Positions 29,799-40,351 are shown, numbered from the stretch's first letter. The stretch is DNA of 64,000 bases from Polyangiaceae bacterium (GCA_050289625.1 JBNKGC010000004.1:1984-65983); one strand, 5' to 3'. The notes: generated from the letters alone by a model not told the origin. Translations and numbers: made by a program.

Positions 29799-32360
29799 TC
29801 ATTCGACCAGCATGCCGCGGATTTCGTCTGCAGCGCGATACGTCTTCAGGTGAGCGACTAGGCGCTCTCGTGTCTTCCAGGGCAAGACGTTGCCGCGAGG
29901 CGTCGCGTACTCGAGATACAGGTTGTCGTCGGTCGATCGAAGCGCGGTACGGGGCAGGTCGTTCGAGCGAGCCAAGTCGTCGAGGTAGCGCTCGAGACCG
30001 TTCCCAGTCACGAGCACGTCGCCGAGGAGCTCGGGCAGAAGTCTGCCGTCGGGGAGCACCTCGTGGATGGCGTCTCGGGCCATGAGGGCCTCAAGGCGGC
30101 TCGAGGAAGTGCGTAGCGGCTCGTCGGACGCCACCAGGATGCCTTGCCCTCCGCCGTAGAACAGGGCCACGTGGGGGAAGACGTCGCAGAGCGTATTCAG
30201 AATCGTGGCGAAATCCTTCTCGTAGATGTGGTGGAGCTGCACCCACTGCTGGAAGATCCCACCTGGGCGCAGACGTGCGCGAACCAGCTCGTAGTATTCG
30301 ACGCTGTAGAGGCTTGCAGCACCGGCGAACCAAATGCTGGACAGCTCCATGCCGATCAGATCGTACTTGCCTTGGTCGAGCAGGAGATGGTTGCGACCAT
30401 CGGCAATGTGCACAGCGAGCCTTGGATCGTCGAGAGCACCGCGATTCGGTCCCCGGAAGAACTCGCCGGCTGCTTCGACGATGGCGGGGGAGATCTCGAC
30501 GAGATCGAGCCGTTTCCACGGATAGGCCGCGAGGGTGCCGAGGGTTGTGCCGGTGCCGAGACCGATCACCAAGGCGTGGTCGAAGCGGCTCACGAACAGA
30601 CTCGGATAGTGGGCGAAAAACCGCTGAGCTTTCAGTTCCCAGCCGTTGTTGCCTTGGAATTTGCCGTTCGTGTACAGCGTCGAAACCGGGCCTTCTCGAT
30701 CGCGAGCCGGGCGTTCGATCACGGTGGTGACACCCCCGTGCACGTCCTCTCGGACGAAGCGGAGCTCGCCCTGCTGCTGATGGCCGTCGAAGTAGACGTT
30801 TGTCCCCGCCGTCATCTTCACGAGGTCCCAGCGCGGAAGCAGGAGCGCTATCAGGGTCGCCGCTCCTGCTAGAACTACCGGTGCAGCGCGTGCGCTCGAC
30901 GCGCCGGTGCTCGGGCCGAAGATGCGGCTGGCGGCGGCACCGAGCAACAGGAACGACACGGCGACGGCGCGAAGGGTGAGCTCGGAGCCGAGGACGGGTA
31001 GGAGCAGATAGCCGGCCGCGAGAGAGCCAGCGACGGCGCCGAGCGTGTTCACCGCGGTCAGGCGTCCCACCCAGAGCCCCACGTCGCGTTCGCGCGCCAC
31101 ACGCTGGAGAAGCAGCGGGAACGTCAGGCCCATCAGGGTCGTTGGCGCGGCGAGTAGGCAGAATGCGGACGCGGCACGAACCGCCTCGCGTCCCTCGAAG
31201 GTGATCACTTCCTTCCCCAGACTGGTGAACAAGAGCGGGAGCTCGTCCCAAACGGGGAGGGTGACGAGGAGGCTCAGGCCGGAGGCGAAAAGGCTCAGAG
31301 GCAGGGCGCGATGGCCAAAGCGCCGCGCAGCCCAAGCGGCTCGTGAAGCGCCGAAAAATAGGCAAATCAGAAAGATCGCGAGGATGAGACCGAACGCGTA
31401 CGCGCTGTTGCCGATCAGCACGGCGAGCAGATGGGTCTCGACGACCTCGAGGATGAAGATCAGCGCGCCCGAAGCGATGGCGAGCACCATCAGGAGGGGG
31501 CGCTCGTCACGATGGGGGGCTCGGGGATGGATCGTGCTGCCCACCTCGGCTTCGAGTCGCGCGCCGCCGGGCGTGCCTTCGTTCGGGGCATCGGGTCCCG
31601 ACGCGGGGGGCGATGCAGCAGCTTCGTGAGGAGCTGCTGTGACGCGCCGGCCAAAAGCGATCGCAACGGCTCCCACGATGGCGCTCAGCGTCGCGGAGCC
31701 GAGCAGGGTGCCGCTCAGGCCGAGCGCCGGGAGCACGACATAGGCCGCTAAGAGCGCGCCGCTCGCGCCGCCCAGGGTGTTCGCCGCGTAGAGCGCACCG
31801 AGCTGACGGTCCCGTCGACCAGGCTGGGGCGCAAGAGCACGGGTCAACACGGGCAGGGTTGCGCCCATCGCTACGGTGGGGATGACGACCACGGCGAGCG
31901 CGAGGATCCAGCGGAGCGCGCTGAGCGCCACGAGCGAATCCGGGAGGGCTCTGGCTGCGGCGACGTAGAGCGGTCCGAGCGCATGAAACGCCGGGGCCGA
32001 AACGGCCACGCACGCCGCGACCACGAGCTCCAGGACGCCGTAGGCTTGCAGCGGGCGGTCGAGACGGGCTGCCAGGCGACCGCCCCAGTGCGCTCCGAGG
32101 GAGAGCCCCACCATGAATGCGGCGAGCACGGCGCTCACGGCATAGGCGGTCGAGCCGACGATGTACCCGAGGTACTTCGAGAAGCAGACCTGATCGACGA
32201 GACCGGCCGCCCCGGAAACGACGAACAGGATCGCGACGAGGCGAAAGGGCAGGGGCGTCGACGCGCTGCCGGGTCCAGGCAGCGGCAGGCGGTCACGCAA
32301 ACGCTTCGCGCTCGTCGGGGGCAGGCTCTCAGGGTTTTCTAGCTGCGCGGCGTCGGTCAA
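29799..32360 (-). CDS. Fused multi-TM (MFS-like) / spermidine-synthase-like protein
   Basis: About 12 TM helices followed by the SAM-MTase/aminopropyltransferase-like block ALVIGLGTGTTLGTLA...DLVEISPAIVEAA...DLIGMEL. Confidence 0.85.
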   Translation of the reverse strand: MTDAAQLENPESLPPTSAKRLRDRLPLPGPGSASTPLPFRLVAILFVVSGAAGLVDQVCFSKYLGYIVGSTAYAVSAVLAAFMVGLSLGAHWGGRLAARLDRPLQAYGVLELVVAACVAVSAPAFHALGPLYVAAARALPDSLVALSALRWILALAVVVIPTVAMGATLPVLTRALAPQPGRRDRQLGALYAANTLGGASGALLAAYVVLPALGLSGTLLGSATLSAIVGAVAIAFGRRVTAAPHEAAASPPASGPDAPNEGTPGGARLEAEVGSTIHPRAPHRDERPLLMVLAIASGALIFILEVVETHLLAVLIGNSAYAFGLILAIFLICLFFGASRAAWAARRFGHRALPLSLFASGLSLLVTLPVWDELPLLFTSLGKEVITFEGREAVRAASAFCLLAAPTTLMGLTFPLLLQRVARERDVGLWVGRLTAVNTLGAVAGSLAAGYLLLPVLGSELTLRAVAVSFLLLGAAASRIFGPSTGASSARAAPVVLAGAATLIALLLPRWDLVKMTAGTNVYFDGHQQQGELRFVREDVHGGVTTVIERPARDREGPVSTLYTNGKFQGNNGWELKAQRFFAHYPSLFVSRFDHALVIGLGTGTTLGTLAAYPWKRLDLVEISPAIVEAAGEFFRGPNRGALDDPRLAVHIADGRNHLLLDQGKYDLIGMELSSIWFAGAASLYSVEYYELVRARLRPGGIFQQWVQLHHIYEKDFATILNTLCDVFPHVALFYGGGQGILVASDEPLRTSSSRLEALMARDAIHEVLPDGRLLPELLGDVLVTGNGLERYLDDLARSNDLPRTALRSTDDNLYLEYATPRGNVLPWKTRERLVAHLKTYRAADEIRGMLVE

Positions 32361-32446
32361 GGAGCGCCGACCATAGCAGAATCATCATCATTCCCCGTTT
32401 CGAGGTGCTGGGCCGGCCCGGCGGTCGGTACGGTGAGCCCCGGAAG

Positions 32447-32887
32447 TTAGGGAAGAAAGAGTGTTCGCTCCTCGGGGCTTGGGATCTGGCAGAGGTCGCG
32501 GCGTCCGAAGATCCGGTAACGGAAGCGGGCGACCGTCGCGTAGACGGGGTTCGTGAGCCATTCGGGAAGCCAGCGAAACCAGGCGGCCGCCCGCCAGGGT
32601 AGTGGCAGGTAGCGAGCCAGCTCGAGCCATGCGGTCATGCGAAAGTAGAGCCTGCTGTCGTCGAGGAAGACGAGGGTGTCGAGGTGGTCGGGAAAAGCGG
32701 GCATGAGCTGCAGGACGTGCGCCGCGGTTTCACCCTGAAGCGGCGCGTAGTGAAGGGCGCGCTGTCGGTCGACACGAACCAGGAAGCGGACGGATCGCGT
32801 GCAGAGGCCGCAGACCCCGTCGTAGAAAACGATGCGAGGGGGCAGGGCTGCCGGAAAGGAATCACCGGGAGGAGGGGAAGACGCCAT
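32447..32887 (-). CDS. DCC-family thiol-disulfide oxidoreductase (DUF393)
   Basis: IVFYDGVCGLCTRSVRFLVRVDR...LHYAPLQGE. Trimmed to ATG 32887 so that it does not run into tRNA-Glu. Confidence 0.85.
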   Translation of the reverse strand: MASSPPPGDSFPAALPPRIVFYDGVCGLCTRSVRFLVRVDRQRALHYAPLQGETAAHVLQLMPAFPDHLDTLVFLDDSRLYFRMTAWLELARYLPLPWRAAAWFRWLPEWLTNPVYATVARFRYRIFGRRDLCQIPSPEERTLFLP

Positions 32888-33029
32888 GGTCGAACGGTCT
32901 GAAGCATAGCGGGCAGCCAATTCGACGCGCGAGCGAGCCTTCCTGGCTCGAAGATCAGGCCGGAGTTTTCTTCGTTGCATCGCGGTGTTGCGAGGAGAGT
33001 CGACGAACGCTATAGGTTCGGCCCCCCGG

Positions 33030-33104
33030 GTCCCCATCGTCTAGTCAGGCCCAGGACATCGCCCTTTCAAGGCGACGACGCGGGTTCGAATCCCGCTGGG
33101 GACG
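33030..33104 (+). tRNA. tRNA-Glu (anticodon TTC)
   Basis: GTCCCCATCGTCTAGTCAGGCCCAGGACATCGCCCTTTCAAGGCGACGACGCGGGTTCGAATCCCGCTGGGGACG, closely parallel to E. coli tRNA-Glu. The anticodon loop is CTTTCAA. Confidence 0.95.
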
Positions 33105-33112
33105 CAAAGGAA

Positions 33113-33149
33113 GGCCTCCAGTCGAAAGACTGGGGGCCGACTGCTTTTT
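33113..33149 (+). terminator. Rho-independent terminator after tRNA-Glu
   Basis: 11-bp stem GGCCTCCAGTC / GACTGGGGGCC (one G-U pair) with a GAAA tetraloop. A TTTTT run follows 6 nt downstream. Confidence 0.8.
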
Positions 33150-33473
33150 GTGGTCGCCGGAGTCCCGAGCGTTGTTCGAACCGTCAGAGGAGCAGGTGAC
33201 GCACGGGGAGGGAGGCCTGCCGAGTGTTTCGCTGCGGGTTCGACCCGGAGTGGAGGGAGTCAAGCGAGCTGGACGGACTCCACGGACACTAGCCTTCCCA
33301 GCACGACCCGATCCCCATACCAGGGCTGCCACCCCTCGGCAGAGAGATTGTGAGGGCGCAGAGACGGAGCACAGCCACGGTGGCGGGGTGGCCGCCCGGG
33401 ATCGGGGGGCGCTTTTCACGCGCGTGCGGCCTCTCGGTTTCGCGCCGAGGGGCAGCAGTGATAGCTGGGCGAG

Positions 33474-34277
33474 ATGAGCACTCGGACAATCCTCTGCGGA
33501 GCCGCCCTGTTGGTCGCATGCCACTCGCAGGGCGAAGGCGCCGAGTCGCCGCCGCCGCCTCCACCTGCGGAGGCCCCTCACGTGGCTAGCGAGGAGCCTC
33601 CCGTCACTGCTTCCGCTATGCCCTCGGGTCCCGCGGCCGTCACGCCTCCTCCCGGTGCAGACTGCCTGAGTCCCCAGGAAATCGAAGCGAACCTCGGGCT
33701 TTGGTGGAAAATGCAGAACAAGCAGCTGAGCGTCGTGGGAGTCGGCCCCGACGGACACGTTCACGTGTACCAAGCGCCGTCCTTCGACGCGCCCGTCGCC
33801 GGGAGGCTGTCCTACGATGCTCGCGACCTCGTGGCGACTGGCCGCGCCTGCCGTGAGGACGACAGCATCTTCGTTTCACTCCGTGCTGGCCCCGTTGCGG
33901 GTTGGGTGAACGCCGCTTCTCTGCTTCCCACGACGATGCCTGCCGAAGAGACCGCGCGTTTTCAGAAGTACTTGAAGGGTGAGACCTTCACGTCACCGGA
34001 AGGCCTCGCCGATGCAGTCGCCCGAGGTCTCGCTGCCGAGCACCCTGCGGAGGGCGAAGTGCCTTTCCAGGTCGAGGTTCTCGGCGTCGCTCGCAGCGAT
34101 GTCGCTGGCAAGCGCACCGCGCGCGTAGCCCTCGAGCCGTGCTGCTACGCCGACGACTCGGTTCGTGGTGAACAAGTCGATCTCGACCTCGACGAGCTAG
34201 GAGGGACGTGGCGGCTCGTGTCGGCCCGGGTTCGCCGTCTCTGTCCCCGCGGCGCGCAGGTGGCCCGCTGCCTGTGA
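33474..34277 (+). CDS. Hypothetical lipoprotein with possible SH3b-like segment
   Basis: Lipobox LLVAC, a Pro-rich linker, then HVYQAPSFDAPVAGRLSYDA...FVSLRAGPVAGWVNAASL. Confidence 0.65.
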   Translation: MSTRTILCGAALLVACHSQGEGAESPPPPPPAEAPHVASEEPPVTASAMPSGPAAVTPPPGADCLSPQEIEANLGLWWKMQNKQLSVVGVGPDGHVHVYQAPSFDAPVAGRLSYDARDLVATGRACREDDSIFVSLRAGPVAGWVNAASLLPTTMPAEETARFQKYLKGETFTSPEGLADAVARGLAAEHPAEGEVPFQVEVLGVARSDVAGKRTARVALEPCCYADDSVRGEQVDLDLDELGGTWRLVSARVRRLCPRGAQVARCL

Positions 34278-34289
34278 ACAGCCGACGCT

Positions 34290-34937
34290 TCAGCGCTGGG
34301 CTGGTCCGCGCATGCGGTAGATCTCCGCGAGCTGATCGGGGCTCGAGATGCACAGATCCAGGTCTTTGAGGAGCCCGTCCTTCAAGGCATAGATCCAACC
34401 GTGCACGCAGACGTCTTGCCCGCGCCGCCAGGCATCTTGGACGATGGTCGTGTGGCAGACGTTGCGGACCTGCGCTGCGACGTTGATCTCGCACATGCGG
34501 TTGGTCTTCGCGACCGGGTCGAGCGTCGACAGGTCGGAGGCCAGGGGGCTGTTTTCGCAGACATCCTTGATCTGCCGGAGCCAATTGTCGATGAGACCGT
34601 GTGGCGCGTCCTGCAGGGCGGAGGTGACGCCACCGCATCCGTAGTGGCCACAGACGATGACGTGCTTCACCTGGAGCACATCGACCGCGTACTGGAGCAC
34701 CGACAGGCAGTTGAGGTCCGTGTGCGAGACCACGTTGGCCACGTTGCGGTGCACGAAGACCTGCCCCGGCTCGAGCCCGATGATCTGATTGGCGGGAACT
34801 CGGCTGTCCGCGCACCCGATCCACAGATAAGGCGGGGTTTGCTGCGTCGCGAGGCTCTCGAAAAATTCGGGGTTCTCCTCGCGCATTTGCGTGGACCACC
34901 GCCGATTGTTGTCGAACAGATGTTTGAGGACTCGCAT
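34290..34937 (-). CDS. Beta-class carbonic anhydrase
   Basis: Zinc/active-site motifs CADSRVP and VCGHYGCGGV. Trimmed to ATG 34937. Confidence 0.93.
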   Translation of the reverse strand: MRVLKHLFDNNRRWSTQMREENPEFFESLATQQTPPYLWIGCADSRVPANQIIGLEPGQVFVHRNVANVVSHTDLNCLSVLQYAVDVLQVKHVIVCGHYGCGGVTSALQDAPHGLIDNWLRQIKDVCENSPLASDLSTLDPVAKTNRMCEINVAAQVRNVCHTTIVQDAWRRGQDVCVHGWIYALKDGLLKDLDLCISSPDQLAEIYRMRGPAQR

Positions 34938-35042
34938 GGCGAGGCGCCTACCATGAGGCACCCTACCGGTCCAAGACCCCGGGCGCCGCGCTCCGTCGAG
35001 GGCTTGCGCGAAGCCTGGGGGTGCGAAATATACGTTGCTCCG

Positions 35043-35447
35043 TCAGGCACGGAGAGTGCAGCTCACGGTGGCTTTGAACGTGTAGCTGGGAGACCCGCGG
35101 GCGGTCAGCACCGTGACCAGCGTTCCCGCCGGCACATCCACTTGGATAGGTTCGGGGTTCACGTTCGTGCTCACCGCGCACTCGGCGTCCGATTCGCAGG
35201 CGTTTTGAATGTGGACCCGGTGCTCGTAGCCCGAGCGGTACACCGACTCGGCCCGGTAGGTGATGCAAGCGGGCTTCTCGGCGGGCCGCCGTTCTTCTCT
35301 CGCCCCATCCCGCGCGACGGGCTCCGCGCATGGTGGGGGTGCGGTGACGGTGATGACGGGGTCGCTCCAGACCGCGTTCGAGCCGAAAACGACCGCTCCG
35401 AGCAATGCCGCGACGCGTAGCATGACCCCCTGTGGAAGGTCTGACAT
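35043..35447 (-). CDS. Hypothetical secreted Cys-containing protein
   Basis: Signal-like MLRVAALLGAVVFGSNAVWS and six Cys in the mature part. No family recognised. Confidence 0.55.
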   Translation of the reverse strand: MSDLPQGVMLRVAALLGAVVFGSNAVWSDPVITVTAPPPCAEPVARDGAREERRPAEKPACITYRAESVYRSGYEHRVHIQNACESDAECAVSTNVNPEPIQVDVPAGTLVTVLTARGSPSYTFKATVSCTLRA

Positions 35448-35561
35448 GGGGTCTTGCCAGGCGCCATGCGACGCCTGCACCACGCCTCGGAGGAGCACCC
35501 CGCGAAACTAGTCCGCTTGGGTAGTCTTCTCATCGGCGCAATGCGCCGCGCGATCGCGTCG

Positions 35562-36455
35562 TCAGCTGGGACGCACGGGTAGCGTGAGGAGCTTGCCACC
35601 TCGCGGCGGGGGATCCACCGGCGGCAGGGCGAGCACGTGTCGCTCAATCACAGGCAACGCGTGCAGGGCCGCCCCCTCGACGTGCAGTTCCGAGAAGGGT
35701 CCCTCGAAGACGAGGAGCAGGACGTAAATCGAGGCGAAGGAACGGGCGAAGTATCCGAGATCGGCTTGGTGGACCAGCCGGCGGAAAGTACTTCCGCCCT
35801 CCGCCAGCTCCGCTTCCGCGCGCACGTTGGCCAACGCACGCACCTCGAGCAACCGGACCCGACGTGCTCGAAGAGGGCGCGCGACGAGACGCTCGAGGGC
35901 GCGTCGCAGGCGACGTCGGTCTTCTTCGTCCACGCGGGCCTCGGTGAGGACCGCGTCGGCTTCGCCTGCTTCGAGCCCCGCCAAAAGTGCCAAATCGAGG
36001 CGACGCGAGCGCGCAAGTTCGCCCGCTCGGGCGAGGTCGATGGCGGCGTCGACGTCCTCGCTCCGATCGTGCGGTTCGGAGCTCCCCCAAATCACGGGCG
36101 AACGCAGGTCGACCACCAGGGCGCTCACGGCTCCCGTGCGTCCGGCCAGGGCGCACAGGGCGTCGTCCAGACGCCGACGGGCCAGTTGCTGCTCCGCGTC
36201 CTTGCGTGGAGCGGGACCCTGGACCCCCAAGTCGAAAAAGGACTCTGCCATTTCCCGCAGACGCAGCTGCGCTCTCCGCGCGTCTTCCGGAGGCTCGGCG
36301 AAGGTGGCCACCAAGATCCAACCGTTGGGGACTTCGGTGTAGAGCTGGAGCGGCCCCTCGGGGAACTTGCCTCCGATCTGGAGGTGGGCCGCGTCGCAGC
36401 CCAGCTCTTGACGAACGAGCCCGAGTACACGGTCCAAGGTCTGGTTGCTGCTCAC
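35562..36455 (-). CDS. Hypothetical cytoplasmic protein
   Basis: This is the 3-prime part of track ORF 35562..37220. The upstream part of that ORF overlaps the MepA-like gene out of frame, so I trimmed to GTG 36455. There is a weak, unverified resemblance to Roadblock/LC7-type segments split by a charged helical insert. Confidence 0.55.
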   Translation of the reverse strand: MSSNQTLDRVLGLVRQELGCDAAHLQIGGKFPEGPLQLYTEVPNGWILVATFAEPPEDARRAQLRLREMAESFFDLGVQGPAPRKDAEQQLARRRLDDALCALAGRTGAVSALVVDLRSPVIWGSSEPHDRSEDVDAAIDLARAGELARSRRLDLALLAGLEAGEADAVLTEARVDEEDRRRLRRALERLVARPLRARRVRLLEVRALANVRAEAELAEGGSTFRRLVHQADLGYFARSFASIYVLLLVFEGPFSELHVEGAALHALPVIERHVLALPPVDPPPRGGKLLTLPVRPS

Positions 36456-36490
36456 GACCTGGTCATTACACCGCGGAGCTGGGGTCCGGG

Positions 36491-37624
36491 TCAAAGAGGC
36501 GGCAGGCGCCGCTCCGGGAAGTTCAGCTGCCCCTGGATGGGTCGAGGACCACCCTTCCGCGGGATCTTGTACACGCGCCGCGCCTGGATGAGGGTATTGC
36601 GCAAGCCGTTGGCTCGCTGGATCGCCTCGACCGTCGTTCCGTAGCGCCTGGCCAGTTTGCCGAGGGTTTCGCCTTTGCGCACGCGGTGTTGGGCAAAGAC
36701 CGTCACCGGGGGGACCAACTTGTGGGCGACCAAGAGGGAGTAGAGCCGCTGGCCGCTTCGCTGGGCGATGGGGTTGAAAAAGCGGACGTGGATGTGGGTC
36801 CCGTGGCCGCGCACATGGCGAATGATCGCTTGGCGAGAGCCCAGGGTTTCGAAAAGGCTCTGAACCCACTCCGGATCTTCGCCGCTTGCCAGGGCGTGTT
36901 CGCGGAGCACACGCTGGATCGGGTGGTCGATGAGGATCATCTCGACATCCGTCTCCGTGACGAAAGCCCGCACGAGCGCCCAGGTACGCGCGACGTCCAG
37001 GTTGTCCGCGGTGGCTCGTCGATACCAGCGACGCTGCCCTTCGGCGTAGTAGTAGCCGACGTCCACGTCCCGACCCGACTGGTGGCTCAAGTGCGGGCTG
37101 AGGTGGCCCCCGCTTGCGCCGCTGATGTGGCCGATGTGTACGGGGGCCGTGTTCGGGAATTGTTCGTGGACCTTGCTGACCGCCGCCTGCAGGTAGGCCA
37201 CCGTCTCTTCCGTCCCCCAAGCAAAGCCTGGTGAAACGAGCTCGAACAGCTTGCCGTCCTCGGGCCGCACACCGTTCAGCAGTCGCCCGTTGTTCGGAAG
37301 ACCAACCGATAGCGAGCCGAGACTCTCGGGTGCTTCGAGGAGTCGGTTTTCTAGCTCTTCGTCCGAAAGATCCTCGAAGGGGCTTGCCTTCGCCGACGCC
37401 GAAGCCACCTCGCTGGGACTGGCGGCCACGGCCTGCTCGTCACCGAGGGGCGTCGAGTCCTCTGCGGCGAGATCGGCGGCGTGCTCCGATGGGACCGGTT
37501 CGGCTCGCGCTGCCACCGGACTCGGTGGAGCAAGCCTTGGCTGTTCGGCCGGGGTCGGAAGGCTGGACCGCCCGGCACAGGCCGCTTGAACGAACGCGAT
37601 CGCAAGGAGGGGGAGGAGTCTCAC
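36491..37624 (-). CDS. Penicillin-insensitive murein endopeptidase (MepA/M74-like LAS peptidase) with C-terminal LysM domain
   Basis: LSHQSGRDVDVGYYY and VRGHGTHIHVRFFNP metal-ligand contexts. LysM: HRVRKGETLGKLARRYGTTVEAIQRANGL. GTG 37624 gives the signal/lipobox RLLPLLAIAFVQAAC. Confidence 0.8.
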   Translation of the reverse strand: MRLLPLLAIAFVQAACAGRSSLPTPAEQPRLAPPSPVAARAEPVPSEHAADLAAEDSTPLGDEQAVAASPSEVASASAKASPFEDLSDEELENRLLEAPESLGSLSVGLPNNGRLLNGVRPEDGKLFELVSPGFAWGTEETVAYLQAAVSKVHEQFPNTAPVHIGHISGASGGHLSPHLSHQSGRDVDVGYYYAEGQRRWYRRATADNLDVARTWALVRAFVTETDVEMILIDHPIQRVLREHALASGEDPEWVQSLFETLGSRQAIIRHVRGHGTHIHVRFFNPIAQRSGQRLYSLLVAHKLVPPVTVFAQHRVRKGETLGKLARRYGTTVEAIQRANGLRNTLIQARRVYKIPRKGGPRPIQGQLNFPERRLPPL

Positions 37625-37763
37625 GAGAAATCCAAGGGTGGTTCCAGCCAGGAGGGAACGGGGGCAGATGCTGGCAGGATCGCGCCCGTACGCCAGCGGA
37701 GCCGGGCGCGGGCCCCTCCAGGGGGACGTCTGCCCGATCGGGGGACGAGTCTGGCCCAGGATT

Positions 37764-38723
37764 TCAGCGGGTGCCAGTCTTCGGGTCCCCCAACTGGGCA
37801 TACCAGTCGGCGGTGCGCGAGAGTCCCTCGCGGAGACCGGTCGTTGGGCCGATTTTTGCCTCGAACCAGCCTGGGTCCAGCACGGAGCGTTCCAGATCGC
37901 CGATCCGCGGGGGCCCGTGGCCGATCGCGCTCGGAGAGTGGGCCAGGTCGACGATCGTTCGAGCGAGGTCTTCCGTAGTCGTCTCGATCCCGGTGGCACA
38001 GTTCAACCGGGACACGTCGAGCCGTCCCTCGATGGCCGCCAGGTTCGCGCGAGCGACATCGGCGACGTACACGTAGTCACGAACACAGCCCGGGTCGCCT
38101 TCGGTTTTCCGCGCGTTGACCCGGAGCTGCTGGCCAGCGAGTGCCCGATCGAAGAAGATCGCCACGACCCCCGCTTCCCCGTGGGGATCCTGCCGTGGCC
38201 CGTAAACGTTGGCGTACCGGAGGGTCACGGTATCGAGACCGTGCTGCCGACGGTAGACGTCGAGCAGTTGCTCGTAGGCGAGCTTGTGGATGGCGTAGGG
38301 GCTGATCGGAGCGTTTGGATGGCTTTCGTCGGCGCGAGTCCCCTCGGCGACCTCTCCGTAGATAGCCCCGCCGGTGCTGGCGAACACGATTCGCTGAACT
38401 CCAAACTCGATGCAAGCATCCGCCACGATCAAGCCGCCCTGGACGTTGATTGCGGCGTCCAGGCCGGGATCCCGCATGCTCACGGTGACGCTCGCCTGGG
38501 CGGCTTGGTGGCTGACGACGTCGGGTCGAAAGTCGGAGAACGCCGCGCGCGTCTCTTCCCGGTTGCGGACGTCGACTCGATAGAGCCGAACCGAGGCGGG
38601 AAGGTTTTCAGGCTTGCCCGAGCTCAGATCGTCCAGGGCCGCCACCTCGTGGCCTTCAGCGAGGGCGGTTTCGACGACATGGCTTCCGATGAATCCGGCC
38701 CCGCCGGTAACGAGGATCTTCAT
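37764..38723 (-). CDS. NAD-dependent epimerase/dehydratase (GalE-like)
   Basis: MKILVTGGAGFIGSH and the YxxxK context PYAIHKLAYE. Confidence 0.92.
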   Translation of the reverse strand: MKILVTGGAGFIGSHVVETALAEGHEVAALDDLSSGKPENLPASVRLYRVDVRNREETRAAFSDFRPDVVSHQAAQASVTVSMRDPGLDAAINVQGGLIVADACIEFGVQRIVFASTGGAIYGEVAEGTRADESHPNAPISPYAIHKLAYEQLLDVYRRQHGLDTVTLRYANVYGPRQDPHGEAGVVAIFFDRALAGQQLRVNARKTEGDPGCVRDYVYVADVARANLAAIEGRLDVSRLNCATGIETTTEDLARTIVDLAHSPSAIGHGPPRIGDLERSVLDPGWFEAKIGPTTGLREGLSRTADWYAQLGDPKTGTR

Positions 38724-38803
38724 GCGGGTCGTACTCTCGAGGGCTGCGAATGTGCGTGGCCAGGGGGGCGGGTGAGTGCAGAGTCAGGCTGACAGGTTCG
38801 GGG

Positions 38804-39418
38804 ATGGGTGTTAGACCCGGCACACCAATGGATCCAGAGAAGACCAACGATCCACTCGAGATTCTCGACACATGGCTGGAGGACGCGGCTGCTCGCGGTG
38901 TGGCGCTGCCCGAGGCCATGACCCTGGCCACCGTGGATGAAATGGGGCGCCCTTCGGCTCGGATTGTCCTGTACAAGGGGCGCTCCCGAGACGGACTCGC
39001 GTTCTTCACGAACTACGAAAGCCGCAAGGGCCGTGAGCTCGCGCGCGATCCGCATGCAACTTTCGTGTTTCACTGGGCAGAGCTCCAGCGCCAGGTGCGT
39101 GTCGACGGGACGGTGGAGAAGCTGGGCGCCGAGGAGTCCGACGCGTACTTTGCGACCCGTCCGCGCGACAGTCAGATCGGGGCATGGGCCTCGAAGCAGA
39201 GTGAACCGCTCGACTCTCGCGAGGCCCTGGATGCCGCTTTCGAGGCTGCGAAGAAGCGCTTCGAAGGGAAACCCGTGCCCAGACCGCCGCATTGGGGCGG
39301 CTTTCGGCTCTTGCCGGAACGAATCGAATTCTGGATCGGGATGTCGGGCCGCCTCCACGACCGCTTCGCGTTCACGCGTTCCGAGCAGGGCTGGACGTGG
39401 ACACGGCTTGCACCCTGA
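38804..39418 (+). CDS. pdxH: Pyridoxamine 5-prime-phosphate oxidase
   Basis: RIVLYKG...FFTNYESRKG, QVRVDG, YFATRPRDSQIGAWAS, HWGGFRL.PE.IEFW. Start is at 38804 or 38828. Confidence 0.93.
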   Translation: MGVRPGTPMDPEKTNDPLEILDTWLEDAAARGVALPEAMTLATVDEMGRPSARIVLYKGRSRDGLAFFTNYESRKGRELARDPHATFVFHWAELQRQVRVDGTVEKLGAEESDAYFATRPRDSQIGAWASKQSEPLDSREALDAAFEAAKKRFEGKPVPRPPHWGGFRLLPERIEFWIGMSGRLHDRFAFTRSEQGWTWTRLAP

Positions 39419-39514
39419 GCATTCCGTCGACACTTCACACCTGCGTTCGCTTTGGCGACAATCGGACAGCACACTGACGGGGCGGGTTCAGCCCGCGCGA
39501 GGGGAGGGAGCGGC

Positions 39515-40219
39515 ATGGACAAGCCGGTGGCAGTCGTGACCGGAGGAAACCGGGGGATCGGGTTCGAGACGTGCAGGCAGCTCGCGCGCCGGGGATTTCA
39601 CGTCATCCTGGGCAGTCGCGACCCGGCCAAGGGGCAGCGCGCTGCTGACGAGCTCCGCGCGAATGGCGCAGACGTGGTGGCACTTTCTCTCGACGTTGCA
39701 GACCCCGCGAGCATCGCGACACTGCGGGAAGAGCTTCAGGTGCAGGTAGGGCGCGTCGACGTCCTCGTGAACAATGCGGGCATCATCGGTTCGCACTACA
39801 TGCAGAGCATCTTGCGTGTCAGTGATCCGGAGATCCTCACGGCCTTCGAGGTTAATTTCCTGGGGCCGCTGCACATGTGCCAGGCGATCGTTCCGCTGAT
39901 GCAGGACCGCGGACACGGACGCATCGTGAACGTGTCGAGCGGAATGGGGCAGCTTCACGACATGGGGTCCGGAGCGCCGCCATACCGGGTGTCGAAGGCC
40001 TCCATCAACGTGCTCACGCGCGTTCTCGCCCGCGAGCTCGAGAGCACCGACATTCTCGTCAACAGCGTCTGCCCCGGCTGGGTTCGCACGGCGCTCGGCG
40101 GACAAGAAGCTCCGCGCAGCTTGGAGGAGGGTGCGCAAGGCATCGTCTGGGCGGCCACGCTTCCCGAGGGAGGGCCGACCGGCGGCTTCTTCCGCGATGG
40201 CGAACCCATCCCCTGGTAA
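39515..40219 (+). CDS. SDR-family oxidoreductase (carbonyl-reductase-like)
   Basis: VVTGGNRGIGFE, NNAG, YRVSKAS. SD GGGGAGGGAG lies upstream of ATG 39515. Confidence 0.92.
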   Translation: MDKPVAVVTGGNRGIGFETCRQLARRGFHVILGSRDPAKGQRAADELRANGADVVALSLDVADPASIATLREELQVQVGRVDVLVNNAGIIGSHYMQSILRVSDPEILTAFEVNFLGPLHMCQAIVPLMQDRGHGRIVNVSSGMGQLHDMGSGAPPYRVSKASINVLTRVLARELESTDILVNSVCPGWVRTALGGQEAPRSLEEGAQGIVWAATLPEGGPTGGFFRDGEPIPW

Positions 40220-40351
40220 AGGGGACTCCTCGGAGCTTCTGGTCATTATCTTGGCGAGCTGAGGAGCCTCTGCCGCCGTTGTCGCCTGGGAGCGTCTCAA
40301 GTGTGAGAAAGGGGCAGGTTCCCACCGGTGCCTCAACCGTTCCGGCCAGAC

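Noticed and set aside
36456-37220. Upstream 255 codons of track ORF 35562..37220
   Set aside because: This part overlaps, out of frame, the MepA/LysM gene (which has clear LAS-peptidase and LysM motifs) and is Arg/Pro/Gly-rich. I kept only the 3-prime 298 codons as a CDS.
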